A DNA stretch of 64,000 nucleotides from a virus (lineage: Duplodnaviria > Caudoviricetes). Position numbers and translations under genes: made by a program. The stretch lies in IMG/VR virus record IMGVR_UViG_3300037067_012588; one strand, given 5' to 3'. This document shows positions 56,931 to 64,000 of this stretch, piece by piece (the stretch's first letter is position 1; every line of letters begins with the position of its first letter). Below the pieces are notes generated by a model. That model saw only the letters and a program-made list of their open reading frames with translations, was not told the origin of the DNA and searched no databases.

Positions 56931-57373
56931 TCTTCCCTCGATACAACGTGCTCAATCTCGTATGGGCAGCCTTCTGGGACTTCATCTATTATGCCTGTCA
57001 TTGACTTCGTACACTGAACCGTACCATGACTCCAAATCTCACGCAAAAGATTATCCTCAAAAACTGGATAGGTGTTATGATGCGGACACTTGGAGCAAAC
57101 CTCAAGACTCAAAACAGACTCTGGCAAACACTCTACCTCTGTTTTGAGCTCATTGTAATGCCTGCAATATCTCTCAATCACACGCATCCTTGTCGAAATT
57201 ACGTTCGAAAACTCATAAAAGCCGGGACACTCGATAAAACCATCGTGAAAACGTAAATCCCAGCTAGACATATATTGTTCAACCAGCTCTGGACGGTCGC
57301 CGATATCCCATTCGACAGAAGACTCGATAAGGCAACGCCTGCAAACCTCAGCATCTGGCAATTTGTATGTCAC
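56927..57373 (-). CDS. Cys4 family protein, tandem domains
   Basis: CRRC..GFIECP..C / CSKC..WSHG..C..CPYEIEH. Confidence 0.78.
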   Translation of the reverse strand: MTYKLPDAEVCRRCLIESSVEWDIGDRPELVEQYMSSWDLRFHDGFIECPGFYEFSNVISTRMRVIERYCRHYNELKTEVECLPESVLSLEVCSKCPHHNTYPVFEDNLLREIWSHGTVQCTKSMTGIIDEVPEGCPYEIEHVVSREE

Positions 57374-57678
57374 GACGAGTGCTCCTCAAGAAAATGTTCC
57401 ACAGAATAAGGACACCACTCAGGCGGTTCTTTTTTTACCTCGACGATGAATTCATTCAAAAAAATGCAAGGGCAATGTACATTGCCCCTATCCCACAAGA
57501 CTTCGTCTTCATCACGCCAAGGACTCGGGTCGTTCGTTGCCATCAGCTCGCCACTCGGATAGCACCTCGCAAATGGTCTCAGTTTGAAAGAAGGGTGCAT
57601 TTCTTCGCTGTAACAGATTCCGTTAACGCACCGTGTTCTTTCCATACACACTTTACAGACTGTCTTTTGAAGCATCAT
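57370..57678 (-). CDS. Cys4 family protein
   Basis: VCKVC...WDRGNVHCP...CPYSVEH. Confidence 0.75.
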   Translation of the reverse strand: MMLQKTVCKVCMERTRCVNGICYSEEMHPSFKLRPFARCYPSGELMATNDPSPWRDEDEVLWDRGNVHCPCIFLNEFIVEVKKEPPEWCPYSVEHFLEEHSS

Positions 57679-57742
57679 CGCCCCCTGCCGACACACTTTT
57701 TGCAGACTTCCTTATCGAGACTTTTGCACATGTTTTTCTCCA

Positions 57743-58180
57743 TTACAGGAAAGACTCGATGATATATTTCCAGATTTTTGCCATCAGTTTTGTTGAAAAT
57801 GTGTTTGGTTTTTTCAACAAATGCTCAAGCTCGTAAGGGCAGTTTTTCGTTGATCCGCAATCACTATCTCGATGTTCGCTTTTTGGGCAATCAATCAGAA
57901 CCCTACAACTCCAAAACGTCCGCCGCCAAGTAGCCTTGTCAACGTTTGTCTTACCATTATCGTAGACACACTTTTGGCAAATATCAATGTCGAGGAAAAC
58001 CTCTTCCGTCTTGATATGCTTATCCTTGTGTGGACATTTTCTCGGCGTCAAATATATGGAAAACCAGTGATTAGCCTTTGGGCAGCCACGAATGAAACCC
58101 ATTTCAAATTCTTTTTTCCAATACCAACCTAAGACCTTTGTGTTGTTAATACAGGCTTCGCACGTTTTCATGTCAAGCAT
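57743..58180 (-). CDS. Cys4 family protein, tandem domains
   Basis: CEAC..GCP..CPH / CQKC..CP..CPYELEH. Confidence 0.78.
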   Translation of the reverse strand: MLDMKTCEACINNTKVLGWYWKKEFEMGFIRGCPKANHWFSIYLTPRKCPHKDKHIKTEEVFLDIDICQKCVYDNGKTNVDKATWRRTFWSCRVLIDCPKSEHRDSDCGSTKNCPYELEHLLKKPNTFSTKLMAKIWKYIIESFL

Positions 58181-58184
58181 GAGG

Positions 58185-58619
58185 CTATTCCTTCTGCGTC
58201 GATAAAGCGTGCTCAGTCAAATATGGACACCCATCGGGCGGCCCTACAAAGACACAGCGGAAGTTCATTACCTTATCAATCGGACACAACGTCATAACAC
58301 CGTCTTCAACAAAATGCTTCGCCCACTGTCTCAGAATACCTTGGGAATATCCAGCATTACTTTCCTTGAGAATACACCTGATACATATCTCTGGGTCAAA
58401 CTTCACAGTCTGAGCGTCTCGCTGCTTATAGGATTTCAGTTTGAGCTTGTGCTTACATCTGTTTGGCACTGGCATGTTCATAGAGCGTGCTGATGGAAAA
58501 GATCGGTTGTTGTTTGTTTTCCCGTAAAAAGGCTTAGAGCAAGGACAGCCAACAAGGACATCCCCATAACCTCTCGCACTGCAGTCATTGCACACCTCTA
58601 GGTTTGGGAAAGGATTCAT
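58185..58619 (-). CDS. Cys4 family protein, tandem domains
   Basis: CNDC..CP..C / CIRC..CP..CPYLTEH. Confidence 0.78.
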   Translation of the reverse strand: MNPFPNLEVCNDCSARGYGDVLVGCPCSKPFYGKTNNNRSFPSARSMNMPVPNRCKHKLKLKSYKQRDAQTVKFDPEICIRCILKESNAGYSQGILRQWAKHFVEDGVMTLCPIDKVMNFRCVFVGPPDGCPYLTEHALSTQKE

Positions 58620-59023
58620 TGCAGCCCCAATATATGCTCGGTTTGAAACGGGCATTCTTTGAACGAATGCGTTGTAAAAACAACATCATGCCTGAACACG
58701 GGACACAGAAGCAACATGCCTCCATCAAATGCGATATCCCAAGTCCTTGTTACAGCGTTCTTCCTACAGACACAGGCACGGCAAATCTCTTTCAACAAGC
58801 CAACTGGCTCCTCTTTTTTGACTGGGAGCTTATCGACATGTGGACACTCGGTTATTCCAACATCGCTTGAAATTACCGTTGTCTCCTCGATAAAGACAGG
58901 GCAATCCAGAAGCTCGCCTTGATCGAACAAGATACCCCAAATGACACCATCGACCGCTTTGTCGCTGTGGTTCTTGTTTGAGCGCCAGCACGCCTCGCAG
59001 ACCGCTTTATCAGGCTTCTTCAT
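58616..59023 (-). CDS. Cys4 family protein, tandem domains
   Basis: CEAC..FDQG..CP..CPH / CRAC..FDGG..CP..CPFQTEH. Confidence 0.78.
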   Translation of the reverse strand: MKKPDKAVCEACWRSNKNHSDKAVDGVIWGILFDQGELLDCPVFIEETTVISSDVGITECPHVDKLPVKKEEPVGLLKEICRACVCRKNAVTRTWDIAFDGGMLLLCPVFRHDVVFTTHSFKECPFQTEHILGLQ

Positions 59024-59029
59024 GGCTTA

Positions 59030-59449
59030 TTATACACTCATGAGATGTTCGAGGACGTATGGGCATTGAGACATTTCTTGTCGGCTCTTCGCCAACTTGT
59101 TTATGCCCTTGATTCTAAATTGAAAACGACAATGAAGCATCCCTCTTGACCAGAAATGTTCAAAGTTCTTCTCTGCAAAATTCTCCTCTACAAAATCCTC
59201 TCTTCTCTGTAGACAACATTTCCAGCATATATCCTTGTTCAGCAAGAGCTTGAAGTCTTTCTTTTGAAACCCCTTGTCGCATTTTGTCCTTGCGATATCA
59301 ATTGACACACTATCTGGAAACAAGCTACATTTAAGAATACCATCCCTGAAGAATGTCCTCCAGTTATCCCTAGATGTTATGGACCTAAAGGTTTTCGCTT
59401 TAGTCCAATAACACTTCTCGCAATTGGACATACAAAAACGCTTCTTCAT
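59030..59449 (-). CDS. Cys4 family protein, tandem domains
   Basis: CEKC..G..C..C / CWKC..WSRG..C..CPYVLEH. Confidence 0.78.
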   Translation of the reverse strand: MKKRFCMSNCEKCYWTKAKTFRSITSRDNWRTFFRDGILKCSLFPDSVSIDIARTKCDKGFQKKDFKLLLNKDICWKCCLQRREDFVEENFAEKNFEHFWSRGMLHCRFQFRIKGINKLAKSRQEMSQCPYVLEHLMSV

Positions 59450-59472
59450 GGCTTACACCCAACAATAGAAAC

Positions 59473-59508
59473 AAAAACCCCCGCACAGGCATGCGTCCCG
59501 TGCGGGGT
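59473..59508 (-). terminator. intrinsic terminator
   Basis: CCCCGCACGGG...CCTGTGCGGGGG-TTTTT. Confidence 0.75.
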
Positions 59509-59606
59509 GCTACTGTGGCAACCCGTAGAAGAGTTGCCGAAGAACTCACTATACGACTGACAGCTTGCTTTTCGAGCAACTATTTTCAAAAAAACTGAAA
59601 ATAATA

Positions 59607-60053
59607 TCATGACGTCACCGGGCTTCCGACAACGTGCTCAATCTGAAACGGGCATTTGGCGAGAAACTTATCAAACATCGCCTTGACGCCAACAACGACA
59701 TTCGGAGCCTTTGGGCATCCTCGCAAGAGATCATACTTCAAAAAGTCTTCCCGCCAATGGTCAGTTGTTGTCTCCATGTTATCAAAACCATGCTTCTCCT
59801 CGATACAGGCAAAGCAAATGTCAACCTGAAGCCTTGGGCGAATCTTTTTGGCACGCTTGCCGTTTACCGAACAATACTTCTCGGCAGCCAACAAGCCAAC
59901 AGAGCGTTTCGATGTCCAGCTAAACCCCTTGCCAGAGCAATTGTAAACGTATCCAAGCGCAAAGCACTCTTCGAGCCTGCTCACGAAATAATCCTGAGAC
60001 GCCCCATGATGACTGTTGCGGAGACATTTTTTGCATGTTTTGAGGTCACACAT
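59607..60053 (-). CDS. Cys4 family protein, tandem domains
   Basis: CKKC..G..C..C / CFAC..CP..CPFQIEH. Confidence 0.78.
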   Translation of the reverse strand: MCDLKTCKKCLRNSHHGASQDYFVSRLEECFALGYVYNCSGKGFSWTSKRSVGLLAAEKYCSVNGKRAKKIRPRLQVDICFACIEEKHGFDNMETTTDHWREDFLKYDLLRGCPKAPNVVVGVKAMFDKFLAKCPFQIEHVVGSPVTS

Positions 60054-60492
60054 CGTTCATCTCGCAAACAATTTGCTCAAGGTAATATTGGCACTCAGTG
60101 GCAAGTGTTTTCGCCACTACAGGGTGAGACATTGTCGTTCCAATGCAGTACCCATCTGCCGACAACACGCAACAATTCAATATACCACGCTTCACAAAGT
60201 CTTCTCGCCATATCTTCTTCTGGGCTTTGGTGAATTTGTTGCGCATGAAAACACAAGCCTCGCAAACCTCTACCTGAAGAAACTTGTCGGTCTTCTTGTG
60301 TTTTCCAGCGGACGGACAGCGCAACTTTGCGACACCAATACCAATGTCAGTTGCATTACCATCAATGGGACAAAGAGGGATATAGCCACAATCCTTCATG
60401 GAGCATTCAAGATTTATAAGAGCTTGGTCACGTCCGACGGAAGGCAAGAATCGCCGCTCATAGCACGCCTTGCATTTTCTATACGTACACAT
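60046..60492 (-). CDS. Cys4 family protein, tandem domains
   Basis: CKAC..CP..CP / CEAC..G..C..CQYYLEQ. Confidence 0.78.
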   Translation of the reverse strand: MCTYRKCKACYERRFLPSVGRDQALINLECSMKDCGYIPLCPIDGNATDIGIGVAKLRCPSAGKHKKTDKFLQVEVCEACVFMRNKFTKAQKKIWREDFVKRGILNCCVLSADGYCIGTTMSHPVVAKTLATECQYYLEQIVCEMNDV

Positions 60493-61017
60493 TCAGCTAT
60501 CCTTATCATTCTCTTCCGAGCACATTATGTGCTCAGTGGCATATGGGCACAGGTTTGTCGAGATAATATGGTTGGCAATATAGTTCACACCGAAAACATG
60601 AATGTCTTTCTTAAGAGTGCCTTTCTTACGATTACCTTGGAGCAAATCAAGATAGCCATCTGGGTTTGACGATATTATGCAGTAATAAACAACCCCTCTT
60701 TCGAAGTCCCTCTTGAAATCTCTCAACAATATCGAAGGCGCAGCATACCGAAGATTTCTTCTTAAGAAACACGCCAGACAAACCTCATAGCTCAGCTTTA
60801 TCGGGATTTTTTTCCTAAAGCCTTGCGTGCATTTTCTTCTCGCAAACTCATGACCAACAAGAACATGACCGCCAATAGTTTTCTTCGGGCAATCAGGACA
60901 GTCATATACAACTCCGAAAGGGAAATGATGACGGACTAAAGACTTTTCTCCCCGATTCTTTCGCTTCGGACAGTTAGCGCAGCCTTCGGCACTGAATCGA
61001 TGATTTTGGGTTTTCAA
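60493..61017 (-). CDS. Cys4 family protein, tandem domains
   Basis: CANC..CP..C / CLAC..FERG..C..CPYATEH. Confidence 0.78.
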   Translation of the reverse strand: MKTQNHRFSAEGCANCPKRKNRGEKSLVRHHFPFGVVYDCPDCPKKTIGGHVLVGHEFARRKCTQGFRKKIPIKLSYEVCLACFLRRNLRYAAPSILLRDFKRDFERGVVYYCIISSNPDGYLDLLQGNRKKGTLKKDIHVFGVNYIANHIISTNLCPYATEHIMCSEENDKDS

Positions 61018-61238
61018 TGCTTGTTTACCTTCTGAGAAACAACATGCTCTGTTTCGTAAGGGCAGCCTTTAGGAACGCCGCTTTGAACCGAACGCCAGCT
61101 ATGAAAGTTCTCTGCCCCAACCTTGCACGCATCGCAATAGAGGCTACCATTTTCAAAGGCTTTAATGAAAGCCTTTGTCAGCTTGAACGATTGCGGACAG
61201 CGCAAGCATACGTCCAAAATAGGTATGACTCTTTTCAT
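61014..61238 (-). CDS. Cys4 family protein
   Basis: VCLRC...FENGSLYC...CPYETEH. Confidence 0.75.
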   Translation of the reverse strand: MKRVIPILDVCLRCPQSFKLTKAFIKAFENGSLYCDACKVGAENFHSWRSVQSGVPKGCPYETEHVVSQKVNKH

Positions 61239-61486
61239 TGTGCGCCAGCCTCTTGACTCATCACCAGTTCGACAAGATAAGGGCAACTCTGAGCTATGTC
61301 TTCTGGTAAGTCTAATGAAATACATCGCTTCATAAGATTTCTGCCAACATCGACAGGACACGAATACAAAAGATACTTTTCAAACAGCTCTATCCAAACA
61401 CACATATCCCAAAAAGACACGTCGGGGTTCTTTTCACGCCAATGATTGAGAACGCATAGATAGCAAATCGACTTTATGGCTTTCAT
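61235..61486 (-). CDS. Cys4 family protein
   Basis: ICYLC...SCP...CPYLVE. Confidence 0.72.
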   Translation of the reverse strand: MKAIKSICYLCVLNHWREKNPDVSFWDMCVWIELFEKYLLYSCPVDVGRNLMKRCISLDLPEDIAQSCPYLVELVMSQEAGAQ

Positions 61487-61488
61487 CG

Positions 61489-61716
61489 TTACCTGCACGA
61501 GTTGCAAAAACAGGGCTCGTTGTTTTCATCCGCAAGCTCGCAACACCCAACCCACCAATCGCAGTTTGGGCATCGCTCATAGTTGTTGTTTGCCATGATT
61601 TCCTCAATCTTGGAAATCGTTATGTCATACTCATCAGCGACAACGGAATCACTTAAACCAGAAGTGTCCTTGAGCTTACAGAAAATCCGATTTTCGTCTT
61701 CGTCAGAGAGTGACAT
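61489..61716 (-). CDS. zinc-ribbon hypothetical protein
   Basis: CPNC.WW...CNSC. Confidence 0.55.
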   Translation of the reverse strand: MSLSDEDENRIFCKLKDTSGLSDSVVADEYDITISKIEEIMANNNYERCPNCDWWVGCCELADENNEPCFCNSCR

Positions 61717-61939
61717 TCTTTCCGCCTTCTGGCTGCAGTATGATGATTTCTTCTGCATACGGACACCACTGTTCAAAGCCTTCAGGGAGCACATACGTTC
61801 TTGTGTCGTCCCTCCCGCCAAGAATCCTCAAAGCACCTTGACACTTGCCAATATAGCGACAATCGAAACTTTTGTCAGATTCGCATCGCAATATCGTGAC
61901 CTCGATACACTTCCGACAAACAGCATAGACGGTCTTCAT
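61703..61939 (-). CDS. Cys4 family protein
   Basis: VCRKC...C...WCPYAEE. Confidence 0.65.
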   Translation of the reverse strand: MKTVYAVCRKCIEVTILRCESDKSFDCRYIGKCQGALRILGGRDDTRTYVLPEGFEQWCPYAEEIIILQPEGGKNVTL

Positions 61940-62279
61940 TTGCCCTTGCGCTCTTCTCTTGCAAGGAACATCGCAACCGTTCCCAACTCGATAGCAGCGA
62001 CCGCCAACGCCACAGCAAAGACCTCAGTTACCGTAACCGGCCAGCGCATGAAGCACAGAAGAAACATACCATATAGAAACGGAAAAAGCCAAATCAGACG
62101 ATTCATGTTCTTGCCCTTTTCTTTCTATCCCTTGTCAGTTTGTCCCACTTCGCCCACGCTTCAGTCTTGGTCTGCATTGCTTTCGTTTCACGGCTACAGG
62201 AGCCGCTACAGCGAACAATATAGCCACTTGCCGCTTGAACCATCGAGACACGCTTTCCACAATAACAGAGCCGTCCCAT

Positions 62280-62672
62280 TCAAGCCTCCGTGAATTTTTC
62301 CTTACGAATACGCATCTTACCCTTGCAGGAACGGCAATCGATTACCGAATCGACGCCACGCTCCACATAGTATACAGCAAAACACTTGCACCGAGGACAA
62401 GCAAGTTCAATATAAACGCCATTCACGACTTTCTTCTGTGGACGAGTCAAGCCCTTCTCTTTGAGCCACTCTTCGCCCTCAAGGGAAATATACAGCTCAA
62501 CACCACGAACCATGTCATCGACAATCTTTTTCTCTTCGGGTGTTGGCGGTGGCAGTTCCCCATCGAGCATCTTCTGTTGCACGTCGAACGTTTTGCGAAT
62601 GATATCGACGACAATGTCCTCTCGCTCTTCGGGAGAAATCCTCAGTAGTTTTTCCCTGAGTTGGTCAAGCAT
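62280..62672 (-). CDS. hypothetical protein with C-terminal zinc ribbon
   Basis: CPRC...CRSC. Confidence 0.6.
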   Translation of the reverse strand: MLDQLREKLLRISPEEREDIVVDIIRKTFDVQQKMLDGELPPPTPEEKKIVDDMVRGVELYISLEGEEWLKEKGLTRPQKKVVNGVYIELACPRCKCFAVYYVERGVDSVIDCRSCKGKMRIRKEKFTEA

Positions 62673-63036
62673 TTTCCAGCCCCGCCATGATGTTGATTTT
62701 TTGACGAACCTCTTCGGTAATGAAACTCACGAACACTCTGAATTCTTTTGTCTTTTTTTCATCAGGAAGACTGTCGAGAACCTTTGCGACTTCATCTTTG
62801 ATTGCAGGAACAAGCTTTGCCCAATCAGCGGTTTGGTTTTCTGCGAAAAGCTCATCGAACATGCTGATGGGTTTTGCACTGATACACATAGAGGCTAACT
62901 CATCTATCTGTATCCCAACCTCATCCATGCGACGAATGACAAAATACTTACACAGGACATTGATTTTCCCAGACAATGGCAATGACAGGAAAATTTTACT
63001 AAAAGAACAGTAAGGGGTAAAATTGCAAGCACTCAT
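62665..63036 (-). CDS. hypothetical protein (paralog of 63049-63414)
   Basis: LC.YFV...DWAK..P.IK.E; identical 22-bp RBS/start region. Confidence 0.7.
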   Translation of the reverse strand: MSACNFTPYCSFSKIFLSLPLSGKINVLCKYFVIRRMDEVGIQIDELASMCISAKPISMFDELFAENQTADWAKLVPAIKDEVAKVLDSLPDEKKTKEFRVFVSFITEEVRQKINIMAGLENA

Positions 63037-63048
63037 CGAATTTCTCCT

Positions 63049-63414
63049 TCAACGTACACCTTCAAATATAATGTGAATAAGAACCTTCTGCATGAGGTAA
63101 TTGTTAATTTCATTCAGTTTTTGTTCGTCTAGGTAACACACATTGCCCTTAAACATCTTACGAAAACCTTTGTTAATTTCCCTTTTGATTAAAGGAATAC
63201 GTTTCGCCCAATCTGAATCACGATTCGTTTCGATAAGTTCTTCAATGACCATTGATTCTTCAATGACTATGTCTTTGGTAGTGTTTTCAAGGTCGAACCC
63301 AAGAGCGTTCAATTTCACGACGACAAAATACCGACACAGCGTAGCTAACTTTCCATCCATCGTAAGCAATTCAAACAGCTCGTTAAACTTGTCAACGTTA
63401 GCATTGCAACTCAT
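63049..63414 (-). CDS. hypothetical protein (paralog of 62665-63036)
   Basis: shares LC.YFV...DWAK..P.IK.E and the 22-bp RBS/start region with 62665-63036. Confidence 0.7.
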   Translation of the reverse strand: MSCNANVDKFNELFELLTMDGKLATLCRYFVVVKLNALGFDLENTTKDIVIEESMVIEELIETNRDSDWAKRIPLIKREINKGFRKMFKGNVCYLDEQKLNEINNYLMQKVLIHIIFEGVR

Positions 63415-63444
63415 CGAATTTCTCCTTCAAAATGGTTACGGCTC

Positions 63445-63957
63445 TCACACACGCCCATCAAGAATCTTGTTAATCTCGGCAAGACGATTGGTCAGCACCT
63501 CACGCTCTTGGAGCAAATTCTCAATCTCGTTCTTATCCATTACCTCATAAACAATCTTCGCAAAATCAGCATCAAGCTTCTTCGCAAAGGCAATCTCAAG
63601 ATCCGCAGCGGACGGAAGCGCCTCAGTCTTCGGAGCAGCCTCGATTAACGCCTTGACAACAGCATCACGGAAATCAAGAAACTGCGAACCCCAATCCCAC
63701 GTCTTCTGGTCCCACATGATACCAGACGCCTCAACCGTTCCAATATGCCCCGTATGCCCACCATTACGGGCACTGCCGAACGGGTCTTTGCTGACAATCA
63801 CCGTTCCGACACACAAATCGTACTGCTTGCCCTCGTTCAGGAAATCTCCATCGAAGGCATAGCCGTTTGTTTTCGACTTGTCGACACTTTTGATGGTTTT
63901 CGTCCAACCGACACGCCCACCAGAAGCGGTCTCATTTTTGATTGAAATTCGTGGCAT
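63445..63957 (-). CDS. conserved hypothetical protein
   Basis: GW.K.I..VD.SK.NGYAF.GDFL N-terminal domain. Confidence 0.7.
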   Translation of the reverse strand: MPRISIKNETASGGRVGWTKTIKSVDKSKTNGYAFDGDFLNEGKQYDLCVGTVIVSKDPFGSARNGGHTGHIGTVEASGIMWDQKTWDWGSQFLDFRDAVVKALIEAAPKTEALPSAADLEIAFAKKLDADFAKIVYEVMDKNEIENLLQEREVLTNRLAEINKILDGRV

Positions 63958-64000
63958 TCAAACACCTCTCAAAGACACGGGTCATCTTCGCCAATATCCA

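Noticed and set aside
40806-61939. Diversity-generating retroelement as the source of Cys4 variation
   Set aside because: There is no reverse transcriptase in the window and no near-identical TR/VR pair differing only at adenines.
40806-61939. Cys4 proteins as c-type cytochromes or bacterial ferredoxins
   Set aside because: CxxCH occurs only incidentally (26904), there are no signal peptides, and there is no CxxCxxCxxxCP spacing.
1-64000. Stop-codon reassignment
   Set aside because: Long conserved genes (rtcB, hisF, methyltransferases, radical SAMs) are intact in the standard code, and TAA, TAG and TGA all end genes at sensible positions.

Overview
This window looks like part of a large (jumbo-type) bacteriophage genome. 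It holds well over 150 tightly packed, mostly short ORFs, essentially all on the minus strand, with ATGA-type overlaps and GGAG ribosome-binding sites. There is no recognisable structural, CRISPR or integrase module. Recognisable enzymes include a GIY-YIG nuclease, two radical SAM proteins (one split by a mini-intein inside its CxxxCxxC motif), HisF, C5 and amino DNA methyltransferases, a metallophosphoesterase, CoaE, a PNK-like AAA_33 kinase, a SLOG protein, RtcB, an SPFH protein, two CX5R phosphatases and a HAD nucleotidase. The most striking structure is not in these annotations. (1) Ten otherwise divergent small proteins all begin with M-K-x-R-x-G-F-V-S-N-S-S-[ST]-[ST]-S-F and cluster with the two radical SAM enzymes, a candidate post-translational modification system. 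(2) A family of about 48 hyper-diverged four-cysteine proteins (CxxC...C...CP[YF]xxE[HQ]) occurs as single-domain, tandem-domain, membrane-anchored and CoaE-fused forms. (3) Two tRNA-mimic RNAs are present: a permuted YrlA/Y-RNA-like RNA and a tRNA-like RNA whose anticodon arm is replaced by about 130 nt. (4) A sharp GC-skew reversal near 45 kb occurs without a change in gene strand (origin candidate), next to direct repeats. (5) There is a recurring promoter-like motif and a fixed-length 89-bp dispersed element. All functional calls come from reading motifs by eye; no searches were run, and adjusted start codons are judgement calls.
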